From an uncultured Chloroflexia bacterium (GTDB taxonomy: Bacteria; Chloroflexota; Limnocylindria; Limnocylindrales; CSP1-4), in NCBI GenBank assembly GCA_963819655.1, contig CAWFXA010000002.1, positions 1,664,001-1,728,000 on the forward strand: a stretch of 64,000 bases of DNA. Direction: 5' to 3'. A program made the position numbers and the translations under genes. Each line of letters begins with the position of its first letter. Position 1 is the first letter of the stretch. The notes beneath the pieces are model-generated. The model was not told the DNA's origin. It did no database searches and saw only the letters and a list, made by a program, of their open reading frames with translations. Below are positions 10,822 through 20,035 of the stretch, one piece after another.

Positions 10822-10941
10822 GTCGCCGTTGATCCGGCCCATGGCCGCGTTGCCGTCTCCGCTCCGGCGCTCACGCACCGCAAGGTGCGCTCGCGTCCGG
10901 TGCTCGACGGCGCCTTGCCCTGAGCTCGGCTGAACGGCGAC
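10822..10941 (+). repeat. Repeat family A copy 3 (rplQ-truA junction)
   Basis: gtcgccgtt...gcgttgccgtc...cgctcacgcaccgcaaggtgcgctcg...tgctcgacggcgccttg...aacggcgac nested inverted repeats. Confidence 0.85.
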
Positions 10942-10973
10942 AAACCAGTTCGCCAGTAAAGGCGTCCGAGAGG

Positions 10974-11750
10974 ACGCCCCCAACGCGCTTTCGCGCACGG
11001 GTCGAATACGATGGGACGGACTTCGCTGGGTTCCAGGCAAATCCTGGGAAGCGGTCCGTCCAGGGGGTCCTGGAAGACGCGCTGGCGCGCCTCGGCGACG
11101 GGGTCGTCCGGCGGGTCGACGGGGCCGGTCGAACGGATGCCGGTGTCCACGCCACGGGACAGGTGATCGCCTTCTCGTATGGCGGGCGACTGTCGGCGAC
11201 CGAGCTCGGAGCGGCGCTCGAGGCGATCCTGCCACGGGACGTCGCCGTCCGAGACGTGCGCCGAGCGCCGGACGGCTTCAACCCCCGCTACGCGGCGCGG
11301 TACCGGGAATACCGCTACACCGTCTGGAACGGGCCGCCCAGCCCGCTTCACGAGCGCACCGCGCTCGGGGTGCGGGACCCGCTCGACACCGCCGCGATGG
11401 CGCGGGCCGGGTCGGCCTTCATCGGCCGGCGCGACTTCAGGGCCTTCGGGGCGGGGGACCGATCCCCGGTCCGGACCGTCACCGCGGTCCGGGTCAGACG
11501 ATCGGGCCGGCTCGTCACGATCGACGTCCGGGCCGACTCGTTCATACGGGGCCAGGTCCGACGGATGGTCGGCCTCCTCCTGGAGGTCGGTCTGGCAAAG
11601 ACGGATATCGACACGGTCCGGGCGGCATTGGCCGACCCGGGATCCGCGGCCAAGGGGCCGGCAGCCCCGGCCAAGGGCCTGTGCCTCCGGCACGTCGCCA
11701 TCGGGCGAACGACCGGCAGCCAAGCGAACGGAGAACACGAGGAACGATGA
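10974..11750 (+). CDS. truA: tRNA pseudouridine(38-40) synthase TruA; start codon unresolved
   Basis: In-frame VEYDGTDFAGFQ...SVQ...GRTDAGVHA lies upstream of the first canonical start (GTG 11163); C-terminal APAKGLCL. Confidence 0.9.
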   Translation, partial: TPPTRFRARVEYDGTDFAGFQANPGKRSVQGVLEDALARLGDGVVRRVDGAGRTDAGVHATGQVIAFSYGGRLSATELGAALEAILPRDVAVRDVRRAPDGFNPRYAARYREYRYTVWNGPPSPLHERTALGVRDPLDTAAMARAGSAFIGRRDFRAFGAGDRSPVRTVTAVRVRRSGRLVTIDVRADSFIRGQVRRMVGLLLEVGLAKTDIDTVRAALADPGSAAKGPAAPAKGLCLRHVAIGRTTGSQANGEHEER

Positions 11751-12178
11751 ACGCGAAGACCATATCGGTCCGTGAGAGCGAGATCGAGCGACGCTGGTAC
11801 GTCGTCGACGCGACGGACGAGACGCTCGGCCGTCTTGCGTCGCGTATCGCCCGCGTCCTCGTGGGCAAGCACAAGCCGACCTACCAACCGAACCTCGACT
11901 CGGGCGACCACGTGATCGTGCTCAACGCCGGGCGCATCGCGGTTACCAGTGACAAGCTCGAGAGCAAGGTCTACGCCCGCCATAGCGGCTACCCGCAAGG
12001 CTTCAAGGAGGAGACCCTCGGTCATCTCCTGGAGCGCCGGCCGGAGGAGGTCATCCGCCGTGCCGTCAAGGGCATGGTGCCGCACACGCGACTCGGCGCC
12101 CAGCAGCTACGCAAGCTGAAGATCTACGCCGGATCCGACCACCCCCATCAGGCTCAGCAGCCTGAGCCGCTCGCCTGA
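11747..12178 (+). CDS. rplM: 50S ribosomal protein L13
   Basis: WYVVDA...LGRLAS, GKHKPTY, HSGYP, AVKGM. Confidence 0.98.
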   Translation: MNAKTISVRESEIERRWYVVDATDETLGRLASRIARVLVGKHKPTYQPNLDSGDHVIVLNAGRIAVTSDKLESKVYARHSGYPQGFKEETLGHLLERRPEEVIRRAVKGMVPHTRLGAQQLRKLKIYAGSDHPHQAQQPEPLA

Positions 12179-12195
12179 CGAGGAGCGAAATCCAG

Positions 12196-12594
12196 ATGTC
12201 CATCCCCGCTTTCTACTCCGGGACCGGCCGCCGCAAGACGGCCATCGCGCGCGTCCGGCTCCTGCCGGGCGAGGGCGAGATCGTCGTCAACGGCCGATCG
12301 CTCGATGAACACTTCGGCAATGCCGTCAACGAGGCCGAGGTTCGGATGCCCTTCCGGGTCACCGGGACCGAAGGTCGCTTCAACGCGATGATCAAGGTCG
12401 AGGGTGGCGGCGTGCACGGCCAGGCCGGCGCCATCCGCCACGGCATCGCGCGCGCCCTGCTCGAAGTGGACGAGGACGCCAACCGCCTTCCCCTCCGGCA
12501 AGCCGGACTCCTCACACGGGATCCGCGCATGAAGGAGCGCAAGAAGTACGGTCTCAAGCGTGCCCGGAAGGCCCCGCAGTACACGAAACGTTAG
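12196..12594 (+). CDS. rpsI: 30S ribosomal protein S9
   Basis: [39 protein letters not shown]. Confidence 0.99.
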   Translation: MSIPAFYSGTGRRKTAIARVRLLPGEGEIVVNGRSLDEHFGNAVNEAEVRMPFRVTGTEGRFNAMIKVEGGGVHGQAGAIRHGIARALLEVDEDANRLPLRQAGLLTRDPRMKERKKYGLKRARKAPQYTKR

Positions 12595-12606
12595 CGTGCA
12601 CGCCTC

Positions 12607-12717
12607 CGTCTGAGCGGCCCATGCGTGCGTTGCCGGACTCCGCGCGCTCGCTCACGCACCTTGGGGTGCGCTCGCTCACGTGCTCGCCGGCGCCTTCGCC
12701 TGTACCGTCATCCGGAC
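12607..12717 (+). repeat. Repeat family A copy 4 (after rpsI)
   Basis: gcgttgccgg...cgctcacgcaccttggggtgcgctcg...tgctcgccggcgcctt. Confidence 0.85.
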
Positions 12718-12763
12718 GCGAACCACGATCCATCGCGCAGCCGGAACCACTGGCGCCAGGGCG

Positions 12764-13720
12764 ATGACGACGACGACATCGACGCTGGTCGGGCGGGATC
12801 TGCTCAGTGCGGCGGATCTGTCTGCGGTCGAGGTCGAGCGGGTCTTCGAGACGGCCGCGCTCCTCAAAGCCGAGTTCCGGGCACGCCGCCGGCACGAGCT
12901 GCCGCTGCTGGCCGGCCGGACGCTGGCGATGCTCTTCCAGAAGCCGAGCCTGCGAACTCGCGTGACATTCGAGGCCGGGATGACCCAGCTCGGCGGCGCG
13001 GCCATCTACCTCCCGGAAGACGCAGTCATGGGTGCACGGGAGGCCGTGCGCGACGTCGCCCGCAACCTCGAACGATTCGTCGACGCGATCGTGGCGCGCA
13101 CCGGGCCGCACGAGGTCGTTCTCGAGCTCGCCGCCCAGGCATCGGTTCCCGTCATCAACGGGCTGACCCTGCGCGAGCACCCGTGCCAGGCGCTCGCCGA
13201 CATCTTCACGATCCGCGAGCACCTCGGCCGCCTCGAAGGCGCCGTCGTCACGTTCGTGGGTGATGGCAACAATGTCTACCACTCGCTCGCGCTCGTCGGC
13301 GCTGCCTTCGGGATGGAGGTGCGGCTCGCCCATCCGCGTGGCTACGCGCCAGACCCACGGATCGTCGCGCTCGCCGAGGAGCGTGCGACGGAGTCGGGCG
13401 GCCGGCTCGTCTTCGGTCAGGATCCCGTCGAGTTGGTCCGCGGCGCCGATGTCGTCTACACCGACGCGTGGACCTCGATGGGCCAGGAGGTCGAGACGGA
13501 AGCGCGCCGCGACGCGTTCGCGGCGTATCGCATCGACGACGCGTTGATGTCAGCGGCCGGTCCGAACGCGGTCGCCATGCATTGCCTTCCGGCGCATCGT
13601 GGCGAGGAGATCACCTCGTCCGTCATGGATGGCCCGCGAAGCCTGATCTTCGAGCAGTCCGAGAATCGATTGCATGTCCAGAAGGCGCTCCTCGTGGAGC
13701 TGATCGGCGCGGTCGGATGA
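12764..13720 (+). CDS. argF: Ornithine carbamoyltransferase
   Basis: FQKPSLRT, HPCQ, DAWTSMG, HCLP, ENRLH motifs. Confidence 0.92.
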   Translation: MTTTTSTLVGRDLLSAADLSAVEVERVFETAALLKAEFRARRRHELPLLAGRTLAMLFQKPSLRTRVTFEAGMTQLGGAAIYLPEDAVMGAREAVRDVARNLERFVDAIVARTGPHEVVLELAAQASVPVINGLTLREHPCQALADIFTIREHLGRLEGAVVTFVGDGNNVYHSLALVGAAFGMEVRLAHPRGYAPDPRIVALAEERATESGGRLVFGQDPVELVRGADVVYTDAWTSMGQEVETEARRDAFAAYRIDDALMSAAGPNAVAMHCLPAHRGEEITSSVMDGPRSLIFEQSENRLHVQKALLVELIGAVG

Positions 13721-14604
13721 GCGAGGCCCTCTACGAGCGCTACAAGGAGGCGCTGCGCCGCGGCCACGTCGCCAGCCAGCGCGCCCGCTTCGACGAGGCG
13801 CTCGACGCCTACGGTGAGGCGGCCAGGGTCGCCCCGGACCGGGCACTGCCGCTCGTCGGCATCGGTCTGGTCCTCACCCGGCTCGGCAAGTCCGCCGAAG
13901 CGTTGTCGGCCTTTGACCTGGCCTTGGATCGCGCCCCGACCGACGAGACGGCCCTGCGCGGCCGAGTCGATGCCCTGCTCGCGCTGGGCGATCGAGTCCA
14001 CGCGGCCGAGACCCTCGACCGGCTCGTCACGATCCTGGACGCCACCGACCGGCAGTCGGAGGCACTCGACGCCGCCGGCCGTGCGCTCGATCTCGCGGAG
14101 GCGCGGAGTCGACGTGAGGGCCTGCGCGCGATGGTCGATCGCATCGAGGCCGACCCGGCTGCCGTGTCGGCCGTCGGCGACGCACTCGTCCGCGCGGTCG
14201 CCCTCCTCGAGGGCCCGCTCGGCCCGGAACCCGAGCCTGCGCCACCGCCGTTCGATCCGGCCGCCGCGATGGCCGCCGTCGAGGACGCCGCTGCGACCGG
14301 CGATGCCGAGGCGACCCGGGCCGCCGCCCTGGCGGCCGCCCGAGGCCATCGGGCGGCGGGCCAGCTCCACGCCGCGATCGATGCGTGCTATCAGGCGCTC
14401 GCCACCAACCCTGCGGATCCCGCGCTGCACCTCGCCCTCGCCGAGCTCTACGTCGACCGCGGCTGGCGCACCGCGGCCGCCGACAAGCTCGTCCTGCTGG
14501 CCCGGCTCGTCGATCTCGGCGATGACCCGGCGACACGGGAACGGCTGTGCGGCCTGGCGACACGCCTCCCGGACGACCCGCGGCTGGAGGCGATCTGCGC
14601 CTGA
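13717..14604 (+). CDS. Tetratricopeptide repeat protein
   Basis: Ala/Leu-rich helical repeats (AFDLALDRAP, CYQALATNPADPALHLALAELY); start overlaps argF stop. Confidence 0.75.
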   Translation: MSEALYERYKEALRRGHVASQRARFDEALDAYGEAARVAPDRALPLVGIGLVLTRLGKSAEALSAFDLALDRAPTDETALRGRVDALLALGDRVHAAETLDRLVTILDATDRQSEALDAAGRALDLAEARSRREGLRAMVDRIEADPAAVSAVGDALVRAVALLEGPLGPEPEPAPPPFDPAAAMAAVEDAAATGDAEATRAAALAAARGHRAAGQLHAAIDACYQALATNPADPALHLALAELYVDRGWRTAAADKLVLLARLVDLGDDPATRERLCGLATRLPDDPRLEAICA

Positions 14605-14660
14605 CCCGACGGGCCGCCGAACCGGGTCGGAAGGGGGAGCGATGCTACACTCGGCGAACG

Positions 14661-15521
14661 ATGTCGGAGCTCCTCGGATCGATCCTCGAACAGGTCCGCT
14701 TGACGACCCTCCTCGACATCGCGATCACCTCCCTGCTGATCTATTGGCTGTTCAGCCTCATCCGCGGCACACGTGCGGTCCGGCTGGTCATCGGCGTGAG
14801 CGTGTTGATCGTGGTCTACCTGCTGGCGGTCGCACTCGGGCTCGAGTTGCTGACCCGCATCCTGCAGGGCGGGGCCGTCGTCGGGCTGTTCGCGCTGGTC
14901 GTGATCTTCCAGCCGGAGATCCGCCGCGCACTCGAGCGGATCGGGCGGGTCGGCTCGTTCGGCTGGATGCTGTCGGGCGCGGACTCGCGCGCGGTGGACC
15001 ACGTCGCGAAAGAGGTCGCGCGTGCCGCGGCCGAGTTGTCGGCGGAGGGCCACGGCGCACTGATGGTCCTCGAGCGGGAGACGGGCCTGGAGGACACCGC
15101 TGAGACCGGCGTCATGATCCACGGCGACGTCTCCGCCGACCTCATCCGCACCATCTTCGCGCCACGCACGGCGCTCCACGATGGGGCCGTCATCGTCCGC
15201 GGCGAGACGATCCTGGCGGCCGGGGTCCTGTTGCCCCTTGCCGAGACGACCGTGCAGGTCGAGCGGTTCGGCACGCGCCATCGCGCAGCGCTCGGCATCG
15301 CCGAGCAGACCGATGCGATCGTCATCGTGGTGTCCGAGGAGAACGGGCAGATCAGCCTCGTGGAGCGGTCGCGCATCGTGCGCAACCTGAACGAGGCACA
15401 GCTCGCGCGGACCATCCGCCAGCTGCTCGATCCGACCCATGGCGGGCGCCGCCGGCCCCTCGGCAGCTGGCGATCGTCGCCGGAGCCCGCGTCCACGTCG
15501 GCCGTACGAGCCCCGCGGTGA
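14661..15521 (+). CDS. cdaA: Diadenylate cyclase CdaA
   Basis: Three N-terminal TMs, FQPEIRRAL, LHDGAV, GTRHRAA, VSEE. Confidence 0.96.
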   Translation: MSELLGSILEQVRLTTLLDIAITSLLIYWLFSLIRGTRAVRLVIGVSVLIVVYLLAVALGLELLTRILQGGAVVGLFALVVIFQPEIRRALERIGRVGSFGWMLSGADSRAVDHVAKEVARAAAELSAEGHGALMVLERETGLEDTAETGVMIHGDVSADLIRTIFAPRTALHDGAVIVRGETILAAGVLLPLAETTVQVERFGTRHRAALGIAEQTDAIVIVVSEENGQISLVERSRIVRNLNEAQLARTIRQLLDPTHGGRRRPLGSWRSSPEPASTSAVRAPR

Positions 15522-16735
15522 CCCGAGCCCTCGGGGTCCTCATCCACAACTGGCCCCTCAAACTCGCGGCAGTCGGACTGGCCACGCTCCTGTATGGCGG
15601 TCTCGTCCTGTCACAGAGCTCGGCGACTCTGACCGATGTCGTTCCCGTCGATGTGGTCGGCCAGCCGGCCGACACATTCCTGCTCCAGACGATCCGGCCG
15701 GTGACCGAGATCCGCTACTTCACGCCGTCGAACGTGCGGCCGATCGCATCCGACTTCGACGCGTGGGTCGACCTGACGAACGTCGTCCCAGGGAGCGGAC
15801 CGCAGAGCGTGCCGATCCAGCTCCGCTCGGTCGATCCGCGCGTGCGCGTGCTCGGGTTCGAGCCGCAATCGGCGACGATCGATCTCGACGTCGTCGCCCG
15901 CAAGACCGTCCCGGTCCAGGTCGAGCGGGGTGACGTCCCGTCCACCCTCACGGTGGGGGAGGTGACGGTCCAACCGACGGAGGTCCAGGTCGTCGGACCC
16001 AGGTCTGTGCTCGATCGCGTCGTCGCGGCCCGGGCGGACGTGATCGTGCAGCCGTTGGGCATCGACGTGGACCAGGATGTCGAGCTCGTGCCGATCGACA
16101 GCGTCGGCGATGCGGTCGCTCAAGTACGGCTCGATCCCGCGACCGCGCGCGTCACGATCCCGATCTTCTCCGATCGACAGACACGCACCCTCCCCGTCAG
16201 CCCTCAGATCACCGGCTCGCCGGCCGCCGGATTCGAGCTCAGCTCGGCGACGGTCACGCCGCCGTTCCTCACTGTCCTGGGCGACCTCGACGACCTGGAG
16301 GCGATGACCAGCGTCGACACGCAGCCGATCCCGGTCACCGGTTACTCGACCTCGCGCACCCTGGAGGTCGGGCTCGCGCTGCCGACCGGGGTCGTCGCGA
16401 CAGGCGCCCAGGAGGTGAGCGTGACGATCGGCGTCCGCCCCGTGACCGGGACGCGCTCGTTCGAGGTCGGTGTGCGGATGGTCGGCGTCCAGCCGGACAT
16501 GTCGTATAAGGCGGCGGTCGATCGCGTGCTCATCACGGTCGGCGGCAGCACCGCCGAACTGGATCGGCTCATCGGCTCGACGCTGGCCGTGGACCTCGAC
16601 GTCTCGACACTCGGCCCAGGGACGAGCAACGTCACCGTCACGGCTGCGCTGCCGGCAGGCGTCACCCTCGTGGCAGCCAGTCCGCCGCAAGTCCAGGTGA
16701 CGGTCACCGCCCGCTCGACACCCGCGCCCTCCTGA
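15518..16735 (+). CDS. cdaR: CdaR/YbbR-domain regulator of CdaA
   Basis: N-terminal TM (NWPLKLAAV), repeated beta-rich P..V.V.G units; sits between cdaA and glmM. Confidence 0.88.
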   Translation: MTRALGVLIHNWPLKLAAVGLATLLYGGLVLSQSSATLTDVVPVDVVGQPADTFLLQTIRPVTEIRYFTPSNVRPIASDFDAWVDLTNVVPGSGPQSVPIQLRSVDPRVRVLGFEPQSATIDLDVVARKTVPVQVERGDVPSTLTVGEVTVQPTEVQVVGPRSVLDRVVAARADVIVQPLGIDVDQDVELVPIDSVGDAVAQVRLDPATARVTIPIFSDRQTRTLPVSPQITGSPAAGFELSSATVTPPFLTVLGDLDDLEAMTSVDTQPIPVTGYSTSRTLEVGLALPTGVVATGAQEVSVTIGVRPVTGTRSFEVGVRMVGVQPDMSYKAAVDRVLITVGGSTAELDRLIGSTLAVDLDVSTLGPGTSNVTVTAALPAGVTLVAASPPQVQVTVTARSTPAPS

Positions 16736-16737
16736 GC

Positions 16738-18069
16738 GTGGGACGCCTCTTCGGGACCGATGGCATCCGCGGTGTGGCCAACGTCGACCTGAAGCCGACC
16801 GTGGCGTATGCGCTCGGGCGGGCGACCGCCAAGCGTCTGGCGGCACCCGGTGCCGCGATCGTCGTCGGCCAGGACACGCGCCGATCGGGGGACATGTTCG
16901 TCGCCGCCATCGTGGCCGGGGCGACCAGCCTCGGTGTCGACGTCCATGTCGTCGGCGTCGTGCCGACGCCTGCGCTCGCCTACCTCGCGGGGTCCGGGGA
17001 GTACAGGGCCGGGATCATGGTCTCGGCCTCGCACAACCCCGCCGACGACAACGGCCTCAAGGTCCTCGACGCCAACGGCCTGAAGCTCGATGACTCCGTC
17101 GAGGACGAGCTCGAGGCGCTGATCTGGCGGGAAGGGGAGCTCCCCGGCGTCGGTAACGCGACACTCGGCCGCCGGATCGACGCGACCGATTCGATCGAGC
17201 GCTATCTCGTGCATCGACGCGGGCTCGCCGGTTCGATCGACGCGAGCGGCCTGCACATCGTGCTCGATGGGGCGAACGGGTCCGGCGGGGCGGCGGGTCT
17301 CGAGATCCTGTCCGCGACGGGTGCCCGGGTCGAGGCGATCCACGTCGAGCCGGACGGGGTCAACATCAACGTCGAGTCGGGCGCCACGTCGCCGGGGTCG
17401 CTGGCGCAGGCCGTCAAGGAACGCGGTGCCGACGTCGGCTTCGCGCTGGACGGCGACGCCGACCGCCTGATCGCGGTCGATGGGCAGGGTCGCATCGTCG
17501 ATGGTGACCAGGTCCTCGGGATCCTCGCCCTCGAGCGGCTCGGGCGCGACGCGCTGCCCGGCGGTCTGGTGGTCTCCATCCTGTCCAACGGCGGGCTGCA
17601 GGGCGCGGTCGAGGCGGCCGGCGGCGAGGTCGTCCGGACGCCGGTCGGGGACAAGTACATCCTCGAGGGGATGCAGGTGGCCGGCGCGATGCTCGGCGGC
17701 GAGAAGTCGGGGCACGTCATCGTTCTCGAGCACACCACCTCGGGTGACGGGATCGTCACCGCGCTCGAGGTCCTGCGCGTCATGACCGGACGGCGCAAGC
17801 CGCTCGCGGAGCTGGCCGAGGCCATCACGCTGTTGCCACAGCAACAGCGCGCCGTCAGCGCCCGTCACAAGGATCAATGGGAGGGCGATCCGACCCTCCG
17901 GCGCGCCATCGCCGCTGCCAGCGCACGGCTCGGCAGCGCCGGGCGGGTGCTCGTCCGGCCGTCCGGGACCGAGCCCGCGTTGCGGGTGATGGTGGAGGGC
18001 CCGGACGAGACCCTGGTCGCGGAGCTGGCCGACGCGCTCGCGACCCTCGCGGGGGAGCGTCTAAACTAG
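16738..18069 (+). CDS. glmM: Phosphoglucosamine mutase
   Basis: FGTDGIRG, SASHNP, DGDADR, GGEKSGH, RPSGTEP. Confidence 0.97.
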   Translation: MGRLFGTDGIRGVANVDLKPTVAYALGRATAKRLAAPGAAIVVGQDTRRSGDMFVAAIVAGATSLGVDVHVVGVVPTPALAYLAGSGEYRAGIMVSASHNPADDNGLKVLDANGLKLDDSVEDELEALIWREGELPGVGNATLGRRIDATDSIERYLVHRRGLAGSIDASGLHIVLDGANGSGGAAGLEILSATGARVEAIHVEPDGVNINVESGATSPGSLAQAVKERGADVGFALDGDADRLIAVDGQGRIVDGDQVLGILALERLGRDALPGGLVVSILSNGGLQGAVEAAGGEVVRTPVGDKYILEGMQVAGAMLGGEKSGHVIVLEHTTSGDGIVTALEVLRVMTGRRKPLAELAEAITLLPQQQRAVSARHKDQWEGDPTLRRAIAAASARLGSAGRVLVRPSGTEPALRVMVEGPDETLVAELADALATLAGERLN

Positions 18070-18076
18070 CTTCGGT

Positions 18077-18126
18077 GAATCCTCGGGTGGATGGCTCGCG
18101 GAGCGTCGCCTCCGCCCTCGGAGGGG
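18077..18126 (-). repeat. Repeat family B copy 3 (glmM-glmS spacer, reverse orientation)
   Basis: Reverse complement reads cccctccgagggcggaggcgacgctccgcgagccatccacccgaggattc. Confidence 0.85.
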
Positions 18127-18205
18127 CACGTGGGCTCCGCCATCGGAGAGCCACGAGCCCTTATGCGGACCTCCCGCGATGCAGACTGAACGGAGATCAA
18201 CGCTG

Positions 18206-20035
18206 ATGTGCGGCATCGTGGGCTATACGGGACCCCGGGAAGCGGGTCCCATCCTCATCGAGGGACTGGCCCGCCTCGAGTACCGCGGATACGACTCGGC
18301 GGGTATCGCACTCGTCGACGACGGTGGGGACCTGTTCGTCGAGAAGAAGGCCGGCAAGCTCGCCAACCTGCGCGCGGCGATCGCCGACCGGACCCCGCAT
18401 GCGGCCATCGGCCTGGCCCACACGCGCTGGGCGACACATGGCCGACCGAATGACCTGAACGCCCATCCGCACCAGGACTGCACGGGTGACATCACGGTCA
18501 TCCACAACGGGATCATCGAGAACTTCCGTGAGCTCCGCGACGGCCTCGAGGAACGCGGCCATCGCCTGACCTCCGAGACGGACACAGAGGCGCTGGCCCA
18601 CCTCGTCGAGGAGGCCTATCAGGGCGACCTCGCCGAGGCCGTCCGCGCCACGCTCCGCCAGGTCGAGGGCGCGTACGCCATAGCGGTCATGCATCGCGGG
18701 GAGGGGGATCGCCTCGTCGGCGCCCGGAAGGACGTGCCGCTCGTCGTCGGTCTTGCCGACGGCGAGTCGTTTCTTGCCAGCGACGTCGCCGCCATCCTCG
18801 CCCACACCGACCAGGTCCAGTTCCTCGAGGACGGCGATGTCGCCGACCTGCGCCCGAGCGGGGTCACCATCACCGACATCGATGGCACCCCCCAGGAGCG
18901 CTCGATCACGACCATCGACTGGACGACGGAGGCGGCCGAGAAGGGCGGCTACGAGCATTTCATGCTCAAGGAGATCCACGAGCAGCCCGAGTCGCTCCGC
19001 CAGGCCATCGCGGGTCGTGTCACGCGCGAGGACCACATCTGGCTCGAGGAGCTCGAAGGCTTCGGGGACACGCTCGCCCAGATCGATCGGGTCGAGCTGA
19101 TCGCCTGCGGAACGGCGTATTACGCCGCGCTCGTGGGCGCGGCCGCGATCCAGGACTGGATCGGCATCCCGGCCCGGGCCACGGTCGGATCGGAGTTCCG
19201 CTACAGCCCGCCGCCGATCGACGGCAAGACACTCGTGATCGCGGTGACGCAGTCGGGTGAGACCGCCGACACCATCGCCCCGACCCGCCTCGCCCGCGAA
19301 CGCGGGGCGCCGATCATCGCCGTCACGAACACGGTCGGCAGCGCGATCACACGCGAAGCCCATCGCGTCCTGTTCCTCCAGGCAGGTCCGGAGATCGCGG
19401 TCGCCGCCTCGAAGACGTTCGTGGCACAGGTCACGACGCTCGTCATCCTGGCCGCGGCCATCGCAAAGTCACGGGGCGCACTCGGCCTCGAGCAGGAGCA
19501 AGAACTCGGCGCGGCGCTCCACGCGCTGCCTGCGGCTGCCGCGAAGGCGCTCGAGAACGCATCGGGCGTGGCGGATCTCGCCCGCCGGTACGTCAATTCG
19601 CGCGGCTTCATGTTCGTCGGCCGCGGCTACACCTATCCGACCGCGCTCGAGGGTGCCCTCAAGCTCAAGGAGGTCAGCTACGTCCACGCCGAGGGCTACG
19701 CTGCCGGTGAGATGAAGCACGGGCCGATCTCGTTGCTCGACGCGGAATGTCCGCTCGTGGCCGTCGCGACCCGGTCGTCCGTCTACGACAAGCTCATGTC
19801 GAACGTGATGGAAGGTCGGGCGCGAGACGCGCGGGTCATCGCCGTGGCCACCGAGGGCGACTCCCAGATCGAGCGCTTCGCCGACGACATCTGCTGGGTG
19901 CCCGACACCCACGAGGCGCTCAGCCCGGTCCTCGCGATCATCCCGCTCCAGCTGTTCGCATACCACGTCGCGATCGCCCGCGGCACCGACGTCGACCAAC
20001 CGCGCAACCTGGCGAAGTCGGTCACGGTCGAATAG
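18206..20035 (+). CDS. glmS: Glutamine-fructose-6-phosphate transaminase
   Basis: MCGIVG, LEYRGYDSAG, HTRWATHG, QSGETADT, PRNLAKSVTVE. Confidence 0.99.
   Translation: MCGIVGYTGPREAGPILIEGLARLEYRGYDSAGIALVDDGGDLFVEKKAGKLANLRAAIADRTPHAAIGLAHTRWATHGRPNDLNAHPHQDCTGDITVIHNGIIENFRELRDGLEERGHRLTSETDTEALAHLVEEAYQGDLAEAVRATLRQVEGAYAIAVMHRGEGDRLVGARKDVPLVVGLADGESFLASDVAAILAHTDQVQFLEDGDVADLRPSGVTITDIDGTPQERSITTIDWTTEAAEKGGYEHFMLKEIHEQPESLRQAIAGRVTREDHIWLEELEGFGDTLAQIDRVELIACGTAYYAALVGAAAIQDWIGIPARATVGSEFRYSPPPIDGKTLVIAVTQSGETADTIAPTRLARERGAPIIAVTNTVGSAITREAHRVLFLQAGPEIAVAASKTFVAQVTTLVILAAAIAKSRGALGLEQEQELGAALHALPAAAAKALENASGVADLARRYVNSRGFMFVGRGYTYPTALEGALKLKEVSYVHAEGYAAGEMKHGPISLLDAECPLVAVATRSSVYDKLMSNVMEGRARDARVIAVATEGDSQIERFADDICWVPDTHEALSPVLAIIPLQLFAYHVAIARGTDVDQPRNLAKSVTVE

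Noticed and set aside
18070-18205. glmS ribozyme upstream of glmS
   Set aside because: The conserved ribozyme core was not recognisable; the spacer is mostly a reversed family B repeat and one hairpin.
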